The position numbers were made by a program, and so were the translations under genes. A DNA stretch of 64,000 nt from Ylistrum balloti (lineage: Eukaryota): the NCBI RefSeq assembly GCF_031769215.1, contig NW_026782484.1, forward strand, positions 310,001 through 374,000, given 5' to 3'. Position 1 is the first letter of the stretch. Every line of letters begins with the position of its first letter. Shown piece by piece: positions 13,595-27,685 of this stretch. Below the pieces are notes generated by a model, which had not been told where the DNA came from, did no database searches, and saw only the letters and a list, made by a program, of their open reading frames with translations.

Positions 13595-14930
13595 GTACTT
13601 TACAAAATACAATCATTACTAGGATATTTAAGTGTCACATAGTACTTCAGACAATAGAGCTGTTTACTAGGATATTAAACCATCACTTAGTACTTCAGAA
13701 AATAGGGGTTTTTACTAGGACATTAAACCATCACTTAGTACTTCAGAAAATAGGGTTTTTTACTAGGACATTAAACCGTCACATAGTACTTCAGAAAATA
13801 GGGTTGTTTACTAGGACATTAAACCATCACTTAGTACTTCAGAAAATAGGGGTTTCTACTAGGATATTTAAGTGTCACATAGTACTTCAGACAATAGAGC
13901 TGTTTACTAGGATATCTAAACGTCACATAGTACTTCAGAAAATGGAGTTGTTTATTAGGACATTAAACCATCACTTAGTACTTCAGAAATTAGGGGTTTT
14001 TACTAGGACATTAAACCGTCACATAGTACTTCAGAAAATAGGGTTGTTTACTAGGACATTAAACCATCACTTAGTACTTCAGAAAATAGGGGTTTCTACT
14101 AGGATATCTAAACGTCACATAGTACTTCAGAAAATAGAATTGTTTACTAGGATATTAAACCATCACTTAGTACTTCAGAAAATAGAATTGTTTACTAGGA
14201 TATTAAACCGTCACATAGTACTTCAGAAAATAGAATTGTTTACTAGGATATTAAACCGTCACAAAGTACTTAAAAAATAGAGCTGTTGACTAGGACATTA
14301 AACCATCACTTAGTACTTCAGAAAATGGAGTTGTTTATTAGGACATTAAACCATCACTAAGTACTTCTGAAAAAGAGTTGTTTACTAGGACATTTAACCG
14401 TCACATAGTACTTCAAAAAATAGAGTTGTTTACTAGGATGGTACTTCAGATAATAGAGTTGTTTACTAGAACATTAAACCTCACATAGTACTTCAGAAAA
14501 TAGAGTTGTTTACTAGGATGGTACTTCAGAAAATAGAGTTGTTTACTAGAACATTTAACCGACACTTAGTACTTCAGATTATAGAGTTGTTTACTAGGAT
14601 GGTACTTCAGAAAATAGAGTTGTTTACTAGAACATTTAACCGTCACTTAGTATTTCAGAAAATAGCGGTTTTTACTAGGATATTTAACCCTCACATAGTA
14701 CTTCAGAAAATAGGGGTTTTTACTAGGATATTTAACCCTCACATAGTACTTCAGAAAACAGAGCTGTTTACTAGGGCATTAAACCGTCAGTTAGTACTTC
14801 AGAAAATAGAGTTGTTTACTAGGATATTTAACCGTCACATAGTACTTCAGAAAGTAGAGTTGTTTACTAGGATATTTAACCGTCACATAGTACTTCAGAA
14901 AATAGAGTTGTTTACTAGGAAACAAGTATG
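13595..14930. repeat. 48-bp minisatellite (~28 copies, with 33-bp deletion variants)
   Basis: Unit CACTTAGTACTTCAGAAAATAGGGTTGTTTACTAGGACATTAAACCAT; gives the 16-aa periodicity of the ORFs at 13582 and 14506. Confidence 0.95.
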
Positions 14931-16369
14931 TCGTTTACACTTAGTGCATTAATTCAGCATTATCTAATTAACACACTAGCATACTGAACGCGAATGCTAT
15001 TTTATTTCCAACATTATTTCAAATACGTAAATTAGAATGTCTTGAATTTGTTACAAATCCAAAACTACCTTAGTATGTACATATATCTTAATGTCGTACA
15101 CTTTATTGATAAAATCGTAACTTCAACCTCATTAACGATACATTTGGGTAAAGCGGTTTAACTTATGTCACCACCAGTACAACACTGGTGGATCTATACT
15201 CTGTTTTCCGAGAAACACAAACCGCTTGAATAGAGATCATCTAACCATCTAACCATGGGTCAAGACACTGCATTCCAAGATCTCTGAACTGTATGTGTGA
15301 TTTACACTAGGTATATGTCATCAGACACTCTTGATCACTCGTGAAATGATAGGGATCAGTTGATGTTGTTATAATGGGCGTCTCTGCTTACATATATACC
15401 AAACAGAAAGACAAACTGCTTATGATGCACCTTCAAATGTGAAGGTGCGTTGTATTCTTATATCTTTTAAATCGGTCTGAAGGTTGTGTTGGTTTAACAG
15501 AAACAGATATTCAAGGACAGATTGACTCCGTCAACCTTGACGACAAAACAAAGACATTCGTTATTTTGAAAAAACTTTATTTTGAAATTGACAATTTCAC
15601 TTAATGTTATAAGTCGTATGTAAATACCATAAAGACATTTATATCAAAGTTTTCTATTTAATTCTAAAACCTTGAGCTACCTGCCGCTCATTCCTTGTAA
15701 CGCAGAAGTAGCATAGATTTAGCCACAACATATATATGAACGTCATTTCTAAACAGAGTTAATTGATATGAGGTGAATACACGACAAACTTACTTAGTTC
15801 ACACCATCTGTAAATATTACTTTTATATTCGTGGAATCAAATAAAATAATATCTCTAATAGAAAAAATATATATTTTTGCATCCTTATGAAATCAAGAAT
15901 GACTTCAGATATTAAATCAAAATACATGGGATGGCAATTTAAAATCGATTAGTCCAGCACCAAAACTTTAAAGAAATGGGGACATGATTATACGTAAAGG
16001 CGTGATGAAATGTACGTACTTGAGATAGTAAATTCCTGATAAAAACCCAGGAAAATCAAAATGATGTTATCACATCAGTATTTCATGATATCCAAGTCTA
16101 TGAATAAAAGCTAAATTTATGCAATCACATTTGATGGGGATTTCAACAAGAAATCAAACTTAATCAAAAGGGTGTGGTGATAATACCACGTGTTTACATA
16201 CACAGTGAAACAAGCAGAAAGACGGACGTATGAATAAAAACATTAATAACGGAATTAATAACAATGTTGTAAAAAAGATAGAAAAGTTAAAAAAAATACG
16301 TATACATTAAATACAGCACGTAACCTATATAAATTATGAATAAATTAAACAATAAAATGTCTTAAAAAA

Positions 16370-17100
16370 CCGGAATACAATTAATTACACAGATGTTGAA
16401 AACAGGACGATGATTAATTACACAGGCATAAAAACAGGACGATGATGAATTATGCAGACGTGAAAACAGAATCATGATTAATTATACAAGCATGAAAACA
16501 GGACAATGATTATTTACACAGGTATGAAAACAGTACAATAAAATGTTTTAAAAACCGGAATACAATTAATTACACAGATGTCGAAAACAGGATCATGATT
16601 AATTACACAGGCATGAAAACAGGACGATGATTAATGACACAGGCATGAAAACAGGACGATGATTAATGACACAGGCATGAAAACAGGACAATGATTAATG
16701 ACACAGGCATGAAAACAGGACAATGAATAATGACACAGGCATGAAAACAGGATCATGATTAATGACACAGGCATAAAAACAGGACCATGATTAATGACAC
16801 AGGCATAAAAACAGGACAATGATTAATGACACAGGCATGAAAACAGGACAATGATTAATGACACAGGCATGAAAACAGGATCATGATTAATGACACAGGC
16901 ATGAAAACAGGACCATGATTAATGACACAGGCATGAAAACAGGACCATGATTAATGACACAGGCATGAAAACAGGACCATGATTATTGGCACAGATGTTG
17001 AAAACAGGACAATAATTCATTATATATATGTGAAAACAGGACCATAATTAATTATATAGACGTGAAGAGCAGGACTATAATTAATGACACAGACGTCAAA
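16370..17100. repeat. 32-bp minisatellite
   Basis: Unit AAAACAGGACCATGATTAATGACACAGGCATG; homogeneous core at 16610-16990 with decayed edges. Confidence 0.95.
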
Positions 17101-17688
17101 TGCATATCTTAATTAATGACAGGGGTAATCCATTTCAAAGATTTTTCTTTTTTTTTTTTCATTCCCGATTCAGTGGGTAAAAATAATTCGTTATGGACTC
17201 GGCCACTATCTTCATTTAACGGAAGACATTAAATAAAGTCGTGTTTACAAAGGTAAAAACATATGATGTTGTTATCAGTGTTCTTCAGATAACCTAGATA
17301 AAGGGATAGACATGTCAACAATTAGAAGCTGTTGTCAGAGTCATGCTGATTGCACCTTTAAATTCTGTTTATTGACGTCATCGCTTGCCTAATACTACCG
17401 TAGGTTTTTCTATTTCTTATGATAGTCTATTCTATAGAGTATCCAAAATGTTGACATGATCACCCGACGTTACTTTATAAAGGGCACGGCTAGTATTACC
17501 AAGGACATGTACGAAAATGACATGCAGATTCAGCAACGCTCTGCCTTTGTTATAGGTTCTTGGGTCGATGGAGCCTTTTCTTTGTTTTGTTGTGACGTCA
17601 TTGCAATTGTATGACTTGCACTTCCGTTATCAATTATCACAAATAAGATGACAATGGACCACAACGTTCGAGACACTTTTACGTAAAA

Positions 17689-20600
17689 TTAAGTATATAT
17701 TTCTGTCTTCTTCGTTCTTGAATCAACAAATAATATCCTTAAAGAGAAATAAAATAAAAGTTGAAATTAGTAAAAGGTACACGTTAGAATCAACAATTAA
17801 TCATATATCTAATCAGTATCTAAAACGAATTAATTACTACGAATCGTTATAGAGATATCATAAGGAACATTTTTAATGACACATTGGAACAAGATGAGTT
17901 GCATCATCATAGCATTTAAATTATGACGTCATAATTCTACGTCCAACATCGTTACGTCATAACAAAAACATTTGAGTTAAACACGATCATTTGAATGAAA
18001 ATTTATGCTGATGAAATGTTAGGTTCATCAATAGTATCAGCAAGATAGTTGTATGTTATAACTTACAATACTTCTTACATATAAACTACACAGACTACAA
18101 GACAACTATTAGTGTATAAACTACCCAGACTACAAGACAACTATTAGTGTATAAACTACCCAGACTCCAAGACAACTATTAGTGTATAAACTATACTGAC
18201 TACAAGACAACTATAAGTTTATAAACTACACAGACTACAAGACAACTACATGTGTATAAACTATACTGACTACAAGACAACTACATGTGTATAAACTATA
18301 CTGACTACAAGACAACTATAAGTATATAAACTAGACAGACTACAAGACAACTATAAGTTTATAAACTACACAGACTACAAGACAACTATAAGTTTATAAA
18401 CTACACAGACTACAAGACAACTATAAGTGTATAAACTACACAGACTACAAGACAACTACATGTGTATATACTACACAGACTACAAGACAACTATAAGTTT
18501 ATAAACTACACAGACTACAAGACAACTACATGTGTATAAACAATACTGACTACAAGACAACTATAAGTATATAAACTACACAGACTACAAGACAACTATT
18601 AGTATATAAACTACCCAGACTACAAGACAACTATTAGTGTATAAACTAGACAGACTACAAGACAACTATACGGTTATACACAGACTACAAGACAACTACA
18701 TGTGTATAAACTACACTGACTACAAGACAACTATAAGTTTATAAACTATACTGACTACAAGACAACTATAAGTATATAAACTAGACAGACTACAAGACAA
18801 CTATAAGTATATAAACTACACAGACTACAAGACAACTATTAGTGTATAAACTACACAGACTACAAGACAACTATACGTTTATACACAGACTACAAGACAA
18901 CTACGTGTGTATAAACTACACAGACTACAAGACAACTACATGTGTATAAACTACACAGACTACAAGACAACTATTAGTGTATAAACTACACAGACTACAA
19001 GACAACTATAAGTTTATAAACTACACAGACTACAAGACAACTATTAGTGTATAAACTACCCAGACTACAAGACAACTATAAGTGTATAAACTACACAGAC
19101 TACAAGACAACTATAAGTATATAAACTACACAGACTACAAGACAACTATAAGTTTATAAACTACACAGACTACAAGACAACTACATGTGTATAAACTATA
19201 CTGACTACAAGACAACTATAAGTATATAAACTACACTGACTACAAGATAACTATAAGTTTATACACAGACTACAAGACAACTATAAGTTTATAAACTACC
19301 CAGACTACAAGACAACTATAAGTTTATAAACTACCCAGACTACAAGACAACTACATGTGTATATACCAGACAGACTACAAGACAACTATAAGTTTATAAA
19401 CTACACAGACTACAAGACAACTATTAGTGTATAAACTACACAGACTACAAGACAACTACATGTGTATAAACTACACAGACTACAAGACAACTATTAGTGT
19501 ATAAACTACACAGACTACAAGACAACTATAAGTTTATAAACTACACAGACTACAAGACAACTATAAGTTGATACACAGACTACAAGACAACTATTAGTGT
19601 ATAAATTACACAGATTACAAAAGAACTATACGTTTATAATCTACACAGACTGCAAGACAACTATAAGTTGATACACAGACTACAAGACAACTATAAGTTT
19701 ATACACAGACTACAAGACAACTATACGTTTATACACAGACTACAAGACAACTATAAGTATATAAACGACACAGACTACAAGATAACTATAAGTTTATACA
19801 CAGACTACAAGACAACTATAAGTATATAAACTACACTGACTACAAGACAACTATAAGTATATAAACTACACTGACTACAAGACAACTATAAGTATATACA
19901 CTAGACAGACTACAAGACAAACACACGTGTATAAACTACACCGACTACAAGACAATTGATTGATGTTGACATTGATGTACAAACAAGATAGGCTACAAGA
20001 CATTCTATATGTTGTTTGTTAATGAATTGTAACATATTCCATCAGTTGATACCTCAGATTAACATTATCGAAAGTCTTATTCGTTACGTCGTCTAAGTGT
20101 ATCTACACTGATTAACATCGGATGCTTTAGACAGGCACTCTATACCTACATGATGAGAACAGAGGCTATCCCATTATAACCTGCGAATAGAAGGAATGTG
20201 AAGCCTCGGAACCAATCAACCGTTGCTGCGTAGACAGCGTTGCCTGTCACGCTTCCGACAACACCACAGACTGTTTCAACCGCTGCCACTCCCGCAAACA
20301 AGGACCCTATGTATAACAGAGAAAAGATGTTTGGGTCACGTGACTTAAGAGTCCCGTCTTGTTAACAAGGTGTCATGTAACTAATCATATATCCCGTTTA
20401 CTTTGTCTCGTGTCACCGACTGTTCATGACATGTTTGGTTGGTAACGTGTCACTGACGGTACGTGTCATGTTTGGTTGATCTCGTTTCACTGACCGTTCA
20501 TGACATGTTAAGTTGGTCTCGCGTCACTGACGGTACGTGTCATGTTAAGTTGGTCTCGTGTCACTGACGGTACGTGTCATGTTAAGTTGGTCTCGTGTCA

Positions 20601-22442
20601 CTGACGGTACATGTCATGTTAAGTTGGTCTCGTGTCACTGACGGTACATGTCATGTTGTTATGGAGGTGCCATGTGACTTTTCAATTTGGGTATATGTGG
20701 TATCACATTACTTATAGTACGTGCCTCACTGTTCAAGTACTTTCATGCAACCTATATAGATTAATATTAAGGTGGTGTAATGTGACTGACGGTACTTGTC
20801 TTGTTGTTCTTATGGTGTCACGTGACCTACAGTACATGTGTCATGTGACTTTGGGTAGTGTCATGTGACTGACGGTACTTGCCTTGTTGTTCAGGAGGTG
20901 TCATATGTGACATGATTGCTCTGATGATTGGCACGGGTAAAGAACCCATAAAACTGATGAAAGCAACTGCAACGTAAGGATTAAACAAAATATAAAAAAA
21001 ATTGAAATGGATGTATAAATAGCTTTTCATAACAATGAATACTTCCCTTTTTTATCTAACACGTTTTAACACTTGCTATGATTTATCTGGATTAAATTTT
21101 TAACCATAAATATCTTCTATATTTACTAAAAAAACTTCCGTCTGTTGGAATATGAATTATACACGAACAATACAACAGAACGTTTCCAATTTTACAGCAG
21201 GAGAAGACTACCTATTAACATCATGAGCTCGGTTGTCGCCAGCGCCTCTAGAACATATCCAGATATATAGGACATTGTTCCCAGGATACCGATCACGTGT
21301 TCATCCATACATGCCTGGAACGTTTTGATGAGTGCCATGCCAACGACAAGAGGCAGTCCCAACCGGAGAGTTGTGTACCAGCCCACTTTTACATGCGACC
21401 AACAGAATGGAGAGTTCAGTTGATACAAGGTTTCAATACCAATCTTTCCGAAATTAGCGAGAAAAATAAAGAACAACCCCACTAAACACGTCCAGAATTT
21501 CCACCGTTTACCAACAGAAGATGTATCTTTAGTGTAAAACAGAAAAATATTTTTTAATGTCTGTATCACACTGTGGCGTCGTGATCTGTCTTTTCTAAAA
21601 GTTTCAGGAAATATGAGAGCAAATATAACAGCAATACTCGCAACAGAAGCGCTGATCGCCATGGCGGTGTAATAACCGACGCCGTCGATGAGGTAGCCAG
21701 ATACAGCAGATCCAACTAGGGCGCCCATACCAACTGCTATCTCTATCAGCACTATACCAAAGGCTCTCGGCTTTCCTGCCAGAGTGATGTCTGCCACGGA
21801 CGCGAATCCGATTGAAAGAGCGGCAATCCAGCCACCAGTGGACCCACCAACAAACTGGAAGGCAAGCAAGGCATATATGTTCCATTTAAGGTATACACCA
21901 ACCGCAAGCATTCCTGTTGCGATAAAATTCCCAGCGACATTTATAAATAAAAACAATTTCCGTCCATATCTATCACTCATCGCTGCAAAGATGAGGTTAG
22001 AAAATATTGCTGGAATTCCAGAGCTAAGCGAGACGTAAATAATATAGGATGAAGTACTGCGTTGGACCACCTGTTGATCTTGATACTCCTGGGAACTTTT
22101 GTTTTCATAACAAATGTTTTCATCATCACTTTTGTTGAATAGTTTACCTGGAAATTTTTCTTCTTCAATGACGTCGTAAACATATTGTGTGATGATCAAA
22201 GAGTTCGTAGCAAAGCAAAAGACCATGATAAACACTATTGGTCCTAGAAGGTAGAATCTCAGCGGGACCTTGACCGAGACACCTGTCCTGTCTGCTGTTT
22301 TAGACTGAGGCAGAAGTGCAGATGTCTCGTCGGTAATTTCACAAGACTCAAATCGGTTAGCTTTCACTTCAGCTTTTACGACAGGATAGGGCGATCCTTT
22401 GGTCGGCTGTTGATGTTTGTTGGGAAGGTCTGGTGTCTCCAT
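17689..22442 (-). CDS. SLC46/PCFT-like MFS transporter, paralog C (~506 aa)
   Basis: Exons 22442-21212, 20966-20883 (84 bp, donor AAG|gcaagt, a GC-AG intron), 20306-20150 (157 bp, GSLFAGVAAVETVCGVVGS...) and probable terminal exon 17737-17689 (MILFVDSRTKKTEIYT*, strong polypyrimidine acceptor). SDRYGRK motif. Confidence 0.88.
18070..19955. repeat. 35-bp minisatellite with 30-bp variants in last intron of paralog C
   Basis: Unit ATAAACTACACAGACTACAAGACAACTATAAGTTT, about 55 copies. Confidence 0.97.
20420..20900. repeat. 37-bp tandem repeat grading into the exon/donor of paralog C
   Basis: Unit GTGTCACTGACGGTACGTGTCATGTTAAGTTGGTCTC; rightmost units converge on the exon-intron junction at 20883. 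Confidence 0.8.
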
Positions 22443-23167
22443 TTTGTTTTAAAGGTTGTCCGTCATCCTTATTTATCAAGCATTTCGTTCGGTCATTATC
22501 TTCTCTCACAGAATTCCTCCCTTTCTTTTTATTTTGCTTGCTATTTCATTCAGAAAACTCACAAACATGCTGAAAACAACAAAGGAATGCGTCACTAATT
22601 CGTTCGGTAAAGTTGAAATAACTCGATTTTGTTGCATTTAATGACACTGGTGAATTATCATATTTTACATTGTATAACGTTAACATTACTATGAATCAGA
22701 ATCATACTCTGTGTTTGGTAATATTAGGACAGGAACCCATCACAATTAGAATTAGAATTACTTACAGGGAATTCGGTTCAAGACTTATTGATGCAAGATA
22801 TTATTACCGATGTGTAAATCTTAATTCATCGACAAAATAAATCACTTTTCCAATATGAACAATACATAAACTTAATATGTTGAAATGTACTATAATTATT
22901 TGCACTTTCCAAACAGAGAAATAGATTTGTTAAAATCAACATGTAAGGTAGACACTGACATCCCCGGTTATACAGCTCAACAACATTTCGTAACCTGTCA
23001 ACGTTAACATCATGAATAATTTGAGATTGCATGAGTGCACTTGCGTGTGTAGCAAAGATTTATTCAATACTGTATCCGTTGTATAGAGTAATATCTACAT
23101 CAGGTAATGTGATATATAAATAGATAAATAAATAATAAATAAATAAAATAAAAAATAGGGGTAAATA

Positions 23168-23220
23168 TGATGATGATGAGGAGGAGGAGGAGGAGGAGGA
23201 GGAGGGAGGGAGGAGGATGA
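23168..23220. repeat. (GAT)n(GAG)n microsatellite
   Basis: gatgatgatgaggaggaggagg... run. Confidence 0.95.
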
Positions 23221-24809
23221 TTTTGACAAAACATAAACATCTATGAAAACACAACCTTACATTAAACCAGATGTCAGTTTTACAACAGGAAAGATCATGA
23301 ATTGTAGTGAAGACATTTACTGAATGCAGAACATACCGTCTTTAAAACTGTTCTTTAATCATTGAAAGAGTGAAGGGTTCTACTGACAAAGATTGTCAAA
23401 CTTTGGAAAAGGCGCAATATTCTTCACAGCCTGTTGTTTTATGTACCTTTATTTAAAAGGGCTAATCAGGAAGGGGTAATTTAATTAATGAATAAAATTC
23501 CATAACAAGGGCATACAGTCCAAGATGGACCAGTGATTCCTAGGGGTCCAATAACGAATGATAGGTATACTCTACTGAAAAAATCCTAAGGTTTGACAAA
23601 GATAAAGGAGAATGTGAAGTTGGTCTTAGGGTCATATAGCCAAACGTTTGTTAGATATTCGCTATAGGTAAGGTACAATACATACAAAGACTATTGTAAC
23701 ACATTGATAGGTAGAGATATTTCAGTGTAAATCCCTCTTGAGCTAGGAAACTATGATGTGCAGAGAAGCGTAATGACTGGGACATCACCACTGGATTTTC
23801 CTACTTGTACTGTTCTACGGGCCTTTTATATAAAACCCCAGTCCTTTTACGGTGAACACAGAAAAGTACAGACCTCTCGAGTTTCAGACGGAATAAGAAC
23901 GAAATCGATGACTGCCTGTTTTTGGCACCGATATAAACTTCATCACGAACAAAAAAAGTCAAGAAATCTTACGATAATCCTTCTACCAACCGATCAGAAA
24001 TAAGTGTAAACATGGTGTTAGCACACGAGATAAGAAAGAAAAGCTATATTTTCATTAGATCAAGGAAATAGCATTTCAAACTTCAAGGAAGTGTGCAAGT
24101 ACAGTACAAAGCTGGTCGTGTGAATTACAAAGTGGCATATGGACAGCCGAGCTGACCGTGTTTAACTTTAAGCACTTACCCGGCATAGATCTACATCCAT
24201 TCGTCACCCAGTCTCGCCTGATAAACTTGCACACTTACCCATGCATACCCAAACAAACATGTCCCAGATTATGCCCTACGTCACACACACATGTAGTTTG
24301 TTCCTCTATCAGTCTATCAGGGCGTTTTAAGAGAAAAGTATGTTTGTGTTCACTGGGTGATACAGAAATACAATTATTTCTGACGCCATGGCATAAAATG
24401 AAATTTTTGGTTCTCGTGATGGATTCAAATTTAAAGTATTATCAGAAAGCACGTTTGAAAACATTTTATGTAAATCTCTAATTTCATTCAAAATTCATCA
24501 TGGACATATTTTCCCGTTCTTTTCCAAAACGTCGATTGCATATGTATTATCATAGGCTATATATAGAGACATGTGTTAGGAAACGACACAACTATGGCTA
24601 AGACCAAGTATGCTAAAATGAAATAATCAGATTGCTGATTGGCAATATTTTAAGATTTAAACGGAAATAACTGCAACCTTCATTATAGACTTTTGGCTAA
24701 AACCAAGGTGAAAAAGTGGTACTCTCTTGATGGGCTTGTTTTTTTCTTCCTCATGAAGCTGAATTTATCGAATAGATAAACAAAACAAAAAAAACCAAAA
24801 AAAAAAAAA

Positions 24810-25735
24810 AAACAAACAAACAAACAAACAAAAAACCCGAGAGATCAAACGGACATTAATCCCTCACCTGATGTGTATCTTTCGTGGATTGTTAAGTAGA
24901 TTTCTGCAAACTTGAAAACCCATTTCCCAAGCATGCTACTTATTCAAGGAAATGGGTTTAATTCCTGTTGCGTTGAAAGTCAGACAAGATCGATCATTGG
25001 AACACATTTGTTTGTTCTTCATTCAGGCTTACCTTCAATACCTTGATATTCTACATTTTGACATTTGACCCCATGACCTTAAAAGGTCAATTTCATTCCA
25101 TTGAACAATTTTGGTAGCCCTTCATCCCAGCATGTTTAATTTCTATTAGTTATCTTTAATTGTTCCATACACAAAGTATTGAAATATATAACTTCTACTC
25201 TAGCACTAGCTCGATGCCTGTACAAAGTTTTCAGTACTGCGTAATTACCTTGAACGGTTTAAGAGAACTGGTCTGAAAACAAATGAACTTTGTGATTTGG
25301 TCTATCTGTTTACATGGTAACAGAAAAAGTACTTGAACAAAGAGCTTCCCAATAGTAAAGGATACTACTAGCTTAATAATTGTAAAAATTTTGAGTAATT
25401 ATCTTGAATTGTTTCAGAGCACTGGTCCAGAAAAACTGAAATTTGTGATAAGGGTTATTTGTTTTCATGGTTACTGAAACTATTCTTAACTAAGACACTA
25501 ACCTAATATATACAGAAAGTTTTGTGGAGTTGACTGGAATGGTTTAGAAGCAGTAGCTCTGAAAGGTAGACTTAGTCTGTGGAGTTGAGTGTAATGGTTT
25601 TGAAGTTGTAACCTGGAAAGGAAAGTAAATACTAATGTTGCATTTTGTAGCAAAAGGCACAATTAAGGCACTTACGGACAGAGGCCAAATTATCATCCCC
25701 CACAAATGCGTTTAAGGGCGGGGGGTTCATAATAA
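24810..25735. mobile_element. Probable decayed non-autonomous Helentron/DINE-like (HINE) element
   Basis: Starts after an (AAAC)n tract, has internal TGACCCCATGACCTT-type blocks and ends in a GC-rich imperfect hairpin (TCCCCC...GCGGGGG) before an A-run. Recognised by architecture only. Confidence 0.4.
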
Positions 25736-27685
25736 AAAAAGATGCGACTCAATTAAATGGCACTATCAGTCTAACAGCACATGGTTTCAAATAATTTTTG
25801 CCATTTCCAGTTTTTGACAGCATCATTTTGTCCCTAAAGAAAGTGAGCATGTTTTCTTTGTGAAAACAAAATGCTGTTTTTGCAATAAAAGAAAATTGTA
25901 TAAAATTACATCATTACTAAGCAGGGGACCAAAATCATTCATTTGTGAAGTTCTGTGTTAAAAGAAGAGCTCCACAAGATTTTCTGCTACTAATTTATAT
26001 CTTTGCTTGCTTTTCATTAAAAAATCAAACTGGCACCAGCACCTTAGATTCTCAATGCTTAGAATTCACCCGATTTATCATCGTTACCGGTATATTATAG
26101 CTGTCACAAGTATAGATGGAAATAGCTGTAAGAATAAAGTCATGGGTTATATATATATTTGGGGTCTATTGTTTTTTTTATCTAAAGTTGAACAGAGCTA
26201 TGAAATGTACAAATAGATATATATATATAGACTAATATATTCTATGTTCCATAAGGACATCTATTCTTTTCAGTCATACCACGGACATTTTACAATATTG
26301 CAGGTAATTCTATCTATTGAATTACATAAATATTTCTTGCAAGGAAAACTGCCTCTTGGACTATCTATGATCCATTGATCATAGACATATGTATAAGTCC
26401 TTTTTCATCAATACATAAATCTACTTCTCCAGCACATAGATGGAAAGCTGTCCCTAAAACATCGTATTGATTTATCAACTTACAAATACATCGGCTGAAT
26501 TCAGATTTGTATCTTTAATTCCTAGTGTTTTTTTGAGACTGAAAGAAGCTTAATGTATTAGCTAGGGTGTTATGTTTACCAGTGTCTGTAGTAATATCTG
26601 CAAAATAACTCGGGCGAATAAATGAGTAATAATTTCAATCATCATGCCATATGATTTAAGTCAAAAAGCCACATGTCACCAGCGCTTGCTTTATCTATTT
26701 TAAGAAGTAGACCATCACTGTCACCGTACACAGGCTTGCTTTAATGCCAGCTTCCTGAAAAACATATACCCCTGAAAATGGATCATCAAACTACATGCCT
26801 CGGATCTTCACCTAAGGTCTGAATACAACATACATCTTTTTGTACACCAACAGACCTTCAGTATTAAGACATGTTTCTTAATCATTTATATGACATAAAA
26901 CAGGAACTGAAAACTCAACAGACAATGGAATTACAATAACAATTTAATGACTCATGATTTCAAAGAAAACATTTTCAAGCTAAAGATACCACATACCAAA
27001 TTGTTGAAATAAAGATTGACATGTATTTGTTTTTACAATCCATTGTTCTTGTATTCAATTTATTTTAACTAAACATTTCAGAAATAGCATGACCTATTTA
27101 AATAAACACAAAAAGTTATCTGTAAAATGTGTATTATATCACTAAACATACTGTCTTGCAATAAAGAGATTAAACCTGGCATGCTCGATTTCAATGTAAT
27201 CCTGTTACTTTAAGCTCTTAATTAATCAGGTTTAATCAGAAGATTTCCCTTAGTTCAAGGCAAATACAACATAATAGTGACAATGAACCGATGGGTTTAT
27301 TTACATGTTATGGTAAATGTGTGCTGTTTCAAGTAAATCAAAACATTAATCAGAGATCAGTTAAACAAATCTCTGCTACTAATATGATGTCTAAATGGAA
27401 CTTAAAACATAAAAAAACACAGTAACCTGAGGAGTTAGTTCACATATGTTTTGTTGATTTGTGGAATAATTCCATTTGTTACTATAGCAGAAAGTGAATT
27501 CCATCCCTGATGGAGAACACACTTGTACATCCTCAAAATTTACCCACTTTACTCCTCTGGACACATCAACTGAACAGAAAACTACTAAGAACCCTCCAAC
27601 AATCATTCCCTCCACAATAACTCCCTTGCAGGTGTCTTTCTCACAATGATGGCTGTTAATGAAAATGATAGGAGTCTGTGTTTGT

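Noticed and set aside
13582-14952. 232-aa and 148-aa ORFs with a 16-aa periodic sequence
   Set aside because: They are translations of a 48-bp minisatellite whose unit is a multiple of 3; the frame breaks between them and there are no splice or promoter signals or family features.
7900-17100. Possible inverted homology between the 26/30-bp repeat and the 32-bp repeat (shared ATGCC...GTCCTGT)
   Set aside because: Similarity is limited to two short words and needs several gaps; could be chance.
5039-22183. Short ORFs overlapping the SLC46 exons (e.g. 5039-5260, 5366-5650, 11811-12107, 21604-21885, 21784-22038)
   Set aside because: Alternative-frame or antisense shadows of real coding exons.
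23060-23254. 64-aa ORF with a poly-Ser run
   Set aside because: Translation of the (GAG)n microsatellite in low-complexity DNA.
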